Origin: an uncultured Chloroflexia bacterium
GTDB lineage: Bacteria > Chloroflexota > Anaerolineae > Promineifilales > Promineifilaceae
Reading direction: 5' to 3'
Length of the DNA stretch: 64,000 bases
Assembly: GCA_963783985.1 (NCBI GenBank)
Contig: CAWAPO010000005.1
Span: forward strand, 225,306-289,305
The translations under genes and the position numbers were made by a program. Shown here piece after piece: positions 9,651 to 17,744 of the stretch. The number at the start of each line of letters is the position of its first letter. Position 1 is the first letter of the stretch. A model generated the notes under the pieces. It was not told the origin of the DNA, ran no database searches, and worked only from the letters and a program-made list of their open reading frames with translations.

Positions 9651-9679
9651 CTTTTGTTGGAATCACATTGTGATATAAT
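9651..9679 (+). promoter_or_regulatory. Candidate extended -10 promoter (TGaTATAAT) of the bc-complex operon, overlapped by a 13-bp perfect palindrome
   Basis: TATAAT at 9674-9679 is preceded by TG at 9671-9672. The palindrome ATCACA-T-TGTGAT spans 9662-9674. Confidence 0.4.
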
Positions 9680-9784
9680 GTACAGCCATTCGCAGCACCC
9701 CTCTCGAAGCAAACACTCTTGTGGGTGAATTGCGTCAATGGAGAAGAGGAAAATCATTATCATCACGGACAGGAGAATAGCCTA

Positions 9785-10435
9785 ATGGCAAGTCAAGCAG
9801 CAAGCGTATCTGAAGCTGGCAGCGGTATGTCCAGGCGCGAATTTCTATACTATATCTGGGGCGCCTCGATCGTACTCTTGACACTGGAAGCAACCGGACT
9901 TCTGATCTGGTTCCTTATTCCACGTTTTCGTGAGGGCGAATTTGGCGGCCGGTTTGTTTTGCCCACCGAATCCGTTCCTGATGTCAACGCGGCGCCGGCT
10001 AATTTCGCGGACGGCCGCTTCTGGCTCGTGAACCTGAATTCACAGGAACCAAATGAACTAATGTACCCCGCGCCAGACGAGGTGGGGGATCCCATTGTCG
10101 GTGTCTGCGCCATCTACAAGGTTTGTACCCATCTGGGATGCATCTATGCCTGGACGCCGGCCAATGACCGCTTCGAATGCCCATGCCACGGATCCAAATA
10201 TCGTTTGGATGGCCGGCGCATTGAAGCCCCAGCGCCGCGTACACTAGATCGTTTTCTCGTCGAAGCGCTGGCTGAAGACAAAACAACCGTATTGGCTGCC
10301 TCTGAGCTAGTCGATGATTTCTGGAATCCACTGCAATTGCCTTCCGGAACCGCTTTTGTCAGTATCGATACGGGGAATAGGAAGCAAGGGCCTTCAGATG
10401 AGTTGCTGTGCAGCTTCACCAACAGTTGCCCATAA
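9785..10435 (+). CDS. Rieske [2Fe-2S] subunit of a cytochrome bc-type complex
   Basis: Cluster boxes CTHLGC and CPCHGS, a twin-arginine leader (SRREFLYY) and a TM anchor. The start was set to the ATG at 9785, which follows GGAG. Confidence 0.9.
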   Translation: MASQAASVSEAGSGMSRREFLYYIWGASIVLLTLEATGLLIWFLIPRFREGEFGGRFVLPTESVPDVNAAPANFADGRFWLVNLNSQEPNELMYPAPDEVGDPIVGVCAIYKVCTHLGCIYAWTPANDRFECPCHGSKYRLDGRRIEAPAPRTLDRFLVEALAEDKTTVLAASELVDDFWNPLQLPSGTAFVSIDTGNRKQGPSDELLCSFTNSCP

Positions 10436-10472
10436 CATCTCGAGAGTTTTGTGCGTAAGAAGGAGTTGATTG

Positions 10473-12170
10473 ATGACAACCTTTGTTGATCAAGTAAGGG
10501 AACTGGGAGTTAAGCAAGCAGTCATCGCCAAAGCTGACGAGGTTGTGGAACGTATCACTGCGGGTATGAATGTCGGCGACGTTCGTTCTGCGCTGCGTGG
10601 CGATGAGCCGCGCCGCCCCAATCCCCGTCTGCGGCCGCATGCTGACAGTTTCTGGCTGCACATTCGGCCCAGTTTCTACCACACCGAAGTAACCAACATA
10701 TATCCCACGTTCCGATTGGGCTGGTTATCGACATTCATGTTCGTCTGGGAAACCATAACAGGCATCGTCCTCATGGTTTTCTATACCCCCAGCCCGCTGA
10801 TCGCTTATGGCAATATGTGGAACATCCTCTCCAACGTTCCGATGGGGCAACTGTTCCGCAATATGCATCGCCTTGGCGCGGAAGTGATGGTGCTCGTTGT
10901 CGCCCTCCATATGCTGCGCACATTTGTGACCGGCAGTTACAAGAAACCGCGCCAGTTTACCTGGGCGACGGGGATGCTCCTCCTGGTGCTGACGCTCATG
11001 CTTAGTTTCAGCGGCTATTTGCTGCCTTGGGATCAACTGGCCTACTGGGCCCTGACCGTATTTCTGAGTGCGGCCGAATCAGCCCCGGCCCCACCGGTAG
11101 TCAATCAAAATATTCTCTTGATCGCCCAGGGTGGACCTTCACTCGGGGCGAATGGCCTCCTACGCTGGTATCTGCTACACGTGCTGCTAATGCCGCTGCT
11201 GCTCGGTATATTCTTCTTCGTCCATTATTACAAAGTGGTGCTGCATGGTTTATCCCTGCCACCGGGACGTGAAGAAATCGGTGAAGACACGGCGAAGCGT
11301 GTTCCCCGCAACGAGCGCACCTATTTCATTCCCGACATTATGACTAGTGAGCTCATGTGGACCGCTCTGCTCTCGCTTTTCTTGATAGCTGGTTCTCTCT
11401 GGCTGTGGGACGCGCCGCTGGAAACACACGCAGACCCCGTCGTAACGCCCCTGCACGTTGTCGCTCCCTGGTACTTATCCTGGTCACAAGGTTGGCTGAA
11501 ACTGGCTCCAAAGACAGTCGTCGTGGGCTTTATCCCTGCATTGATGGTCGCATTTATCGTCATGCCCTACTTTGAAGTAGGGAAGAGCCGGCGCTATGCG
11601 GACCGTCGCCTAGGCTTATCTGTGTCAATGCTCTTTATTGCCTTTATGCTCGTCTCCAACTGGATGGGTACACCGGAATTTCGTGTCGAAAGTTCACCAG
11701 ATCGCGAAGTGAGCATCCGCGTACTTCCGGAGGAGGGACCGAGTTTATTGATGGCTGCGCCATATGATGAATTCGAAGAAGGCGTCTACATGCCCGGGCA
11801 AGTTGTTCCTGGAGCCCCGTTCCTCACGGAAGGACTTGCCGACTACAAAACAGTCCTGGAAGCGCACAGCTGCACAATGGGCAGTCCCGCCCTGGCCAAT
11901 TTTGATGTTCCTCCATGTAAGGTAGATCAACTAGCCACTGGGGAAAAACGGTACAGCGTCGGCATAAACGATCAAGAAGCAATGCCCGATCCCTATTCTG
12001 AATTACGGGTGGAGAGAGTACAAGATGGTCTCCTCAGTTTGACGCTCTATTACGAGATTGCGAATCCAGAAGACCTGAATGAAATACTCTTCGAATCGGA
12101 TGAGTGGGTGAAGTTTAAGCACCGTGATTCAAATTATGCAGCGGAATGCCGTTTCGTTAACAAGTGTTAG
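10473..12170 (+). CDS. Cytochrome b (fused b6 and subunit-IV-like) with a long C-terminal extension
   Basis: Haem-ligand His pairs are H133/H147 and H237/H252. The PWDQ-type motif LLPWDQLAYWA is present. AAGGAG lies 7-8 nt before the ATG at 10473. Confidence 0.9.
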   Translation: MTTFVDQVRELGVKQAVIAKADEVVERITAGMNVGDVRSALRGDEPRRPNPRLRPHADSFWLHIRPSFYHTEVTNIYPTFRLGWLSTFMFVWETITGIVLMVFYTPSPLIAYGNMWNILSNVPMGQLFRNMHRLGAEVMVLVVALHMLRTFVTGSYKKPRQFTWATGMLLLVLTLMLSFSGYLLPWDQLAYWALTVFLSAAESAPAPPVVNQNILLIAQGGPSLGANGLLRWYLLHVLLMPLLLGIFFFVHYYKVVLHGLSLPPGREEIGEDTAKRVPRNERTYFIPDIMTSELMWTALLSLFLIAGSLWLWDAPLETHADPVVTPLHVVAPWYLSWSQGWLKLAPKTVVVGFIPALMVAFIVMPYFEVGKSRRYADRRLGLSVSMLFIAFMLVSNWMGTPEFRVESSPDREVSIRVLPEEGPSLLMAAPYDEFEEGVYMPGQVVPGAPFLTEGLADYKTVLEAHSCTMGSPALANFDVPPCKVDQLATGEKRYSVGINDQEAMPDPYSELRVERVQDGLLSLTLYYEIANPEDLNEILFESDEWVKFKHRDSNYAAECRFVNKC

Positions 12171-12236
12171 CGCACCAAAGAGATCCTGGGGTTGGAAATC
12201 TTTCATCGTTATTAGCTGCTGGAAAGGAAGAAAGTA

Positions 12237-13085
12237 ATGCAAGTTAAGATTATCATTGGGACCGTCGCTTTTATGATTGCCATGATGGTCTTGGGCTACG
12301 CGGCCTTGCGCGAGCCGGCACGTCTGCAAGCGGCCACAGATGCAAGAATTGGACGCCAGATCGAAGTTGGCGCGCACCTCTACGATCAAAACTGTGCGAC
12401 CTGTCATGGTGTAAACGCTAAGGCGGAGGAGTGTTACGATCCAAGCTCCGGCGAGCAAATCGGCTGCATTGGTTTACCGCTCAACTACGCCCCCCTCCTG
12501 TGTGGAGATCCTTCGCTGCGTATGGAGGTCATGAACTGGCAAGGATCGAAGGATGCATTTATCCAGTCGACCTTGGCGAGCGGCCGGCCGGGAACAGAAA
12601 TGCCAACCTGGGCCCAGGTATTTGGGGGACCATTACGCGACGATCAGATTGTCAACACCACACAGTTTATTCTCAATTATGAAACAGAAGCATTATGTTC
12701 AACGCCGATCATTACATATGATTGGCCCGAAACATATGTTGCTTTCTCAGAAGAATTCCCAGAAGGTGACCCGGCGAACGGGGAAGCACTTTTCTTGTCC
12801 TATGGCTGTACGGGATGTCATGGGAATATGGAAGATGAAGCATCGGCAGCGGTTGGTCCCTGGCTGGGCGACATCACCGAAGTGGGCGCAACACGCGTCG
12901 AGGGTCTGAGCGCCGAGGAATACGTCTACGAATCAATCCTCAATTCGAGCGCCTTCATTGCACCTGAATGTCCTACCGGTCCATGCACAGGACCACCAAG
13001 CGCAATGCCGGATAACTTCCCGCTGCGCATGAGCGAGAACCCGCAGGACTTGCAAGATCTGATGACTTACGTCCTTGGTGAATAG
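12237..13085 (+). CDS. Membrane-anchored dihaem cytochrome c
   Basis: Two CxxCH motifs (CATCH, CTGCH) and an N-terminal TM helix. Third gene of the Rieske / cytochrome b operon. Confidence 0.85.
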   Translation: MQVKIIIGTVAFMIAMMVLGYAALREPARLQAATDARIGRQIEVGAHLYDQNCATCHGVNAKAEECYDPSSGEQIGCIGLPLNYAPLLCGDPSLRMEVMNWQGSKDAFIQSTLASGRPGTEMPTWAQVFGGPLRDDQIVNTTQFILNYETEALCSTPIITYDWPETYVAFSEEFPEGDPANGEALFLSYGCTGCHGNMEDEASAAVGPWLGDITEVGATRVEGLSAEEYVYESILNSSAFIAPECPTGPCTGPPSAMPDNFPLRMSENPQDLQDLMTYVLGE

Positions 13086-13117
13086 CGACTTTTCAAGATA
13101 GAGCTTGACAATAGGAA

Positions 13118-13152
13118 GGGCCCAGGTGACAACACGTCACCTGGGCCTTTTT
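13118..13152. terminator. Rho-independent terminator between convergent operons
   Basis: Stem gggcccaggtgac / gtcacctgggcc with a 5-nt loop, followed by T5 on the plus strand. Confidence 0.7.
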
Positions 13153-13180
13153 GCTGCTGCAGTTTAAGTTAGCCCGGGAC

Positions 13181-14083
13181 TTATCGTTTTAGCTCCGTGC
13201 CGCAGTGGCGACAATAGCGATCGACGCCGGCGGCGGCCTGGCCGCAGTTGTGACAGTAGAGGGGTGCCTTCGCCGTCGTTGTCTTCCTCGGGCTCGGCTT
13301 CAGGGGCCGTTGCGATTTTCTCACGCTGCTGCGCGTCGCCGCATACCACGTCCCGCCCATGGCCAAGGCGACAAGTCCAACGACACCAGCCAAGAGCAGC
13401 CAATTGTTGCCCTCCGCGGCCGCGGGCGCGGGCGGCTGCCCAGCGGCAGGCTGCTGCACGGCCGGCGGGGCAGCCTGGCCGGCGGGATCACGCGTCAAGG
13501 CATCTGCCGTCATCTCATAAGCGAAGCTCATACGGTAAGGCGTATTGGCGGGCAAGCTCTGCGCGCTCAGCACATGATAGAGCAGACCGTCTATCTGGCT
13601 CGTGTAGGTATCGACGGCCGTAGGGTCACTCTCCAGGTCGGTGGCATTGGCCGGCTGTTGAATTTCCACAGCGAAATTGGCCACGGGGATATCCGCCTGC
13701 CAATCAAACGCGTATGACCGCGAGGCGCCATCTGCTTCGTAAGGTACGTAATACTCGACAAGAAACCGCGGGTTTCTGGTCACAAATGTGAGCGCATTTC
13801 CATCCCTGACATATTCAATACTGAACAGCTGTCCCTCGTCACTTTCCGCGACCGCATTCACTTCCGCATCAGGCGGGATTGGGATTGTGACTTCGACAGG
13901 CAAGGTCGTACCAGCCGGCAGTTCGCCGTTCATGAGGACGAGGATAGAAGGCCGGTCAAAATCGGGCCAGAAACTCACCTGCAAAGAATCAATCTCCTCA
14001 ACGGAAGTCTGGGCGGCTGCGCTGGAAAAGAGACCAAGCCAGGACATCATTACCAGCAAGATAACACGCGTATATTTCTTCAT
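13181..14083 (-). CDS. Type I membrane protein: signal peptide, about 230-aa extracytoplasmic domain, Pro/Ala/Gln linker, TM helix, cytoplasmic Zn-ribbon
   Basis: MKKYTRVILLVMMSWLGLFSSAAAQ signal peptide; TM helix WLLLAGVVGLVALAMGG; C-terminal CHNCG-N10-CRHCG. The start was set to the ATG at 14083. Confidence 0.7.
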   Translation of the reverse strand: MKKYTRVILLVMMSWLGLFSSAAAQTSVEEIDSLQVSFWPDFDRPSILVLMNGELPAGTTLPVEVTIPIPPDAEVNAVAESDEGQLFSIEYVRDGNALTFVTRNPRFLVEYYVPYEADGASRSYAFDWQADIPVANFAVEIQQPANATDLESDPTAVDTYTSQIDGLLYHVLSAQSLPANTPYRMSFAYEMTADALTRDPAGQAAPPAVQQPAAGQPPAPAAAEGNNWLLLAGVVGLVALAMGGTWYAATRSSVRKSQRPLKPSPRKTTTAKAPLYCHNCGQAAAGVDRYCRHCGTELKR

Positions 14084-14106
14084 AAAACCACGTAACTCGA
14101 TTTTCA

Positions 14107-14406
14107 CTAAGCATGTCCTCGCAAACGTATTCGATTGGCACGGCAGTAGGGGCATTCTAGATCGACATAGTCCCGGCCGCAGGTACGGCACGTGCGCTCT
14201 TCCATTGGCCGTTCATCAGCCAGCGATCCCAAGACAACAACCAATTCTTCACCAGCGTGTTCACTCAACCAGGAAGTCAGCGCGTGGCTGTTGATCTGCC
14301 AGTTACCTTCTTCGTCTTGGCGAAGGACGCCGCTCATCACTTCCAGCCCTGCCTCTTGTGCCGTGCTCGCCAGTTTGTAGATTGTAGCCCGTCTCATTCC
14401 AGACAT
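14107..14406 (-). CDS. Small soluble protein with C-terminal Zn-ribbon (CRTCG-N9-CPYC), unknown function
   Basis: 99-aa ORF located 23 nt upstream of the gene above. The N-terminus MRRATIYKLA faintly resembles an HTH recognition helix. Confidence 0.6.
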   Translation of the reverse strand: MSGMRRATIYKLASTAQEAGLEVMSGVLRQDEEGNWQINSHALTSWLSEHAGEELVVVLGSLADERPMEERTCRTCGRDYVDLECPYCRANRIRLRGHA

Positions 14407-14424
14407 AGATTTGCCTCTTTCGCC

Positions 14425-14616
14425 TTAGCCAAAAATCGTGTAGAGAAGCCAGCCGACAAGAATGACAAAGATCAAAGTACAGCCTATATTGATTACCATA
14501 TCGGCCACTTCAAAAACGATGCGCAGCAGGATGACGCCGACTATAATGCCGCCGATGAGTATCAGCCACGATTCAATTCCACCTTCCTGTAACGCATTCC
14601 AGAGAGCTTCCATCAT
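14425..14616 (-). CDS. Small two-TM membrane protein, unknown function
   Basis: 63-aa ORF with two hydrophobic helices, 18 nt upstream of the next gene on the same strand. Confidence 0.5.
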   Translation of the reverse strand: MMEALWNALQEGGIESWLILIGGIIVGVILLRIVFEVADMVINIGCTLIFVILVGWLLYTIFG

Positions 14617-14810
14617 TCGTTCTCCGCATCACCCAGGCAACGGTCAAACACAGCCGTCGCCGCTACTAGATCTCGACCAACTGGGCCGTCAGTCACTATT
14701 TTGGCGTGAATTAGTATATCTGCTTGCCGATCATTTTCCAGGCAACTTCGTAGAATTGATCACGCGCGTAGGTCAGATGAGCTTGTGCGCGATTTCCTGA
14801 GCGTCTATCT

Positions 14811-16049
14811 TTAGGCTTCTACATGAACCCAATTGACAAGGATAATGACGGAAACGGCCGCGGTTGCACCCCAAACCAGACCGCTGCCCGTAAGGCCCAG
14901 AGTGTTCCAAACAAACGGTCCGAAAAAGGCGCCCAATGTACGCCCCGCAAACATGGCGGCCAGGATCAGGGACATCACAACAGCCCTTGAACTGGGGACA
15001 AGTTCTGTCATAAGCGGAATCCCTCCGACGATGGTGATCTCGAAAGCGAGGAATAGGACAAATAGGGTCATCAAGGCCCCCAGCAGCGTGGCGCTCGTAA
15101 ATGGAAGCAGCACATTGCAAAGGGCCGTCAGAGATGCAGTGAAGATAATGATGGGGCGCTTGCCGTAGCGATCGACAGACCATCCGGCAACTATCTCACC
15201 AAGCAGCTCCGCCGCGCCAATGACCCCAGCGGCGATGCCCAGACTGGCCAGGCTCAGATTGAATGAGTCTTCCATCCAGCCCCCGAAGACAATGAACAAC
15301 ATCTCATTGGCGGCCGCGAACAGGGTGATGTAGAGCACTGCAAAGATTACGACAGGATATTCGCGCAGCGGAGAGAAGACGCCCGGACCTTTTGGCGCTC
15401 CAACATCAGTTTTCGGCGATCGCGAGATCATCCGCCAGAGGACAATGGCGGCAGCAAGTCCACCTAGGCCCAGCCAAAGAAATGGAGCCTGCCAGCCCTG
15501 GCGCTGAATGATCAGCCCGACGATGGGCACGCCTACGAGCAAGGAGAGCGACCAGGAATACTCCGTAATCGCTATCGCCTGACCGCGCCGTTCGTAGGCC
15601 ACTTCGTCACCGACATAGGCCTGCATCGCCGGATCGTACAGCGCCTTGGCCAGGCCTGTGGCGCAAAGCGCGGCGCCCAAGATCCAATAGGTCGGCCAGA
15701 TCACGACCAGCAAGGCCCCAATGGAGAAAGTGAGCATGCCCAGCACGAGGACTGCGCGACGGCCGTAGCGCTCCGATAAGGGGCCTAGGACGGGGCTAAG
15801 AAAACCGGTCAGGCTGCGCAGCGTAATCAGATAATAAATGTCTTCTCTGCGTACGCTCAAACCACGCGCCAGCGCCGGCGCGTAGGGATAGACGAAGCGC
15901 AGCGCGGTATTTAGAACTAGGCGCGCTCCTGCCAGAGCGACAAGCTGCAGGGTAATCGAGCGTGTTTGTGATTTTTCCACCGGCGGAGTGTAGCCGAGCG
16001 GGGTTCGAAGGGCGAGCAATAGCGGACGCTGATGATTTCCGCTGCCCAT
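14811..16049 (-). CDS. MFS transporter
   Basis: 12-TM pattern with an MFS loop motif (GPLSERYGRR). An alternative GTG start at 15980 would widen the otherwise 23-bp divergent intergenic region. Confidence 0.85.
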   Translation of the reverse strand: MGSGNHQRPLLLALRTPLGYTPPVEKSQTRSITLQLVALAGARLVLNTALRFVYPYAPALARGLSVRREDIYYLITLRSLTGFLSPVLGPLSERYGRRAVLVLGMLTFSIGALLVVIWPTYWILGAALCATGLAKALYDPAMQAYVGDEVAYERRGQAIAITEYSWSLSLLVGVPIVGLIIQRQGWQAPFLWLGLGGLAAAIVLWRMISRSPKTDVGAPKGPGVFSPLREYPVVIFAVLYITLFAAANEMLFIVFGGWMEDSFNLSLASLGIAAGVIGAAELLGEIVAGWSVDRYGKRPIIIFTASLTALCNVLLPFTSATLLGALMTLFVLFLAFEITIVGGIPLMTELVPSSRAVVMSLILAAMFAGRTLGAFFGPFVWNTLGLTGSGLVWGATAAVSVIILVNWVHVEA

Positions 16050-16072
16050 TATTCGGTGCTACAATCGGCTCT

Positions 16073-16852
16073 ATGGTCAATTCTTCAGAACAGGACATGC
16101 CCGTCCACGAAAGCGGTCTGCGTTCACTTCTGTCCATCTTGCTGCCGGCGGGAGCAGCCGTTCTAACCAGTATCGTGGCCGGCAGCATTTGGGATGTAAA
16201 CGCGATGTCCAGCCAGGCAACCACCGCCGTTCTTCTGTCTGCTGCGGCACTGACAAGCTGGTTGTTGGGATTGCGCTGGTACGGCCTTGAAGGGATGGGG
16301 CTGCGTGGGGGACGCGCCCTTTCAGCAGGAATCGGTTTCGCCTCCTTGCTCTGGATACTGTTTATCCTGCTGCGCTTCTTCTTCGTAGATATCGCGCCTG
16401 AAGCGATCGCAGGGCGCCCCCCGGATGCGGCGCGCACGTACATCTACTTGCTGCTGTTCGAGGCCTTGGCCACACAGATCTGGACATTTGGTCTCATTTT
16501 CCGCTCCGTCTCCGCTTGGCGCGGCCCAATAACGGCCGCCATCGTCTCCGGCCTTGTTTTCGGCCTTGTTGCCCTCATGCTGTTTCAAGAATCCTTTGCC
16601 AGCAGCCTGGCGAGTACAGCCTACTTCATTGCCTGGGGCATACTCTACGGCATTATCCGCCTGCGCACGGGCGGCTTTCTTGGCACAGCAATCGTCCAGT
16701 CCGTTCAGAGCTTCACCGTCTGGGTCGTCCTAGCCCCCTACCCTGAACCCAACCTCGGCCAGCTCAATAATCTGTACCTGGCAGCAACCATTGTCTATAT
16801 GATCATAGGCTGGCGGTTATGGCCCAAGAACGAAGGTGATTACCGCGTCTAA
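16073..16852 (+). CDS. CPBP (CAAX/Abi) family-like membrane protein with substituted catalytic residues
   Basis: Family-like helices are LLFEALATQIW, SGLVFGLVALM and RLRTGGFLGTAIVQSVQS. They align by eye to the EExxxR, FxxxH and HxxxN motifs, but the catalytic residues are replaced. Confidence 0.6.
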   Translation: MVNSSEQDMPVHESGLRSLLSILLPAGAAVLTSIVAGSIWDVNAMSSQATTAVLLSAAALTSWLLGLRWYGLEGMGLRGGRALSAGIGFASLLWILFILLRFFFVDIAPEAIAGRPPDAARTYIYLLLFEALATQIWTFGLIFRSVSAWRGPITAAIVSGLVFGLVALMLFQESFASSLASTAYFIAWGILYGIIRLRTGGFLGTAIVQSVQSFTVWVVLAPYPEPNLGQLNNLYLAATIVYMIIGWRLWPKNEGDYRV

Positions 16853-16941
16853 TCGACAGCGATACAACGATCGGATTATCCGAGAACCCGGAAACGCCTT
16901 GCTTGTTTTCGACGCCAAGTCATATCCATAAGGGAGGTCGC

Positions 16942-17719
16942 ATGTCTTACAAGAATATCCTCGTCAGCACAGAAAACCGGGTAGGTATCGTGCAGCTCAA
17001 TCGGCCAAAAGCCTACAATGCCCTTAGTCCCGAATTGATGGTGGAACTGATGGATGCGTTGGAGCGCCTCGACAAGGACAAGGAAATCGGTTGTATCGTA
17101 ATCACGGGGAACGAAAAAGCCTTTGCCGCCGGCGCCGATATCAAATTTATGGCCGGAGATACCCAAGCGGTCGATATGATGAAAAACAGCTTCATTGATC
17201 AGTGGGATCGCTTGTCTCAGGATCGGCAAGCCGTTGATTGCTGCTGTTTCCGGCTTTTGCCTTGGCGGCGGCTGTGAGTTGGCTATGGCCTGCGACATGA
17301 TCGTTGCCAGTGAAACGGCCAAGTTTGGACAGCCGGAGATAAATCTCGGCGTTATCCCCGGCGCCGGCGGCACCCAGCGCCTGACGCGCGCTGTAGGGAA
17401 GGCGGTAGCTATGGAAATGATCCTAAATGCGCGCACGTTGAGCGCGGATGAGGCGCTGCAGTTTGGATTGGCCAACCGCGTTGCCCCTATCGAAACCTAT
17501 CTCACGGAAGCGCTGTCGCTGGCCGGGGAGATAGCGGTCCGCGCGCCCATCGCCATACAACTGGCGAAGAAAGCGATCAACATCGTTGATGAAACATCGC
17601 TTTCAGCAGGGCTTGAACTGGAGCGCAGTCTTTTCTACATGCTCTTCAGCACCGCGGACCAAAAAGAGGGCATGGACGCTTTCATCAACAAGCGCGAAGC
17701 GGTATGGCAGGGACGCTAG
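16942..17719 (+). pseudogene. Enoyl-CoA hydratase (crotonase family), interrupted by a frame change near 17212-17224
   Basis: The N-terminal half (frame of 16942) reads [28 protein letters not shown]...[14 protein letters not shown]...[10 protein letters not shown]. The C-terminal half (next frame) reads [25 protein letters not shown]... and continues to the stop at 17719. GGGAGG precedes the ATG at 16942. Confidence 0.8.
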
Positions 17720-17744
17720 GTTCACAGCCCAGTATTGTGCGCTG

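Noticed and set aside
16876-17475. 199-aa minus-strand ORF
   Set aside because: It is antisense to the enoyl-CoA hydratase gene, whose translation carries textbook crotonase motifs. This is a typical GC-rich shadow ORF.
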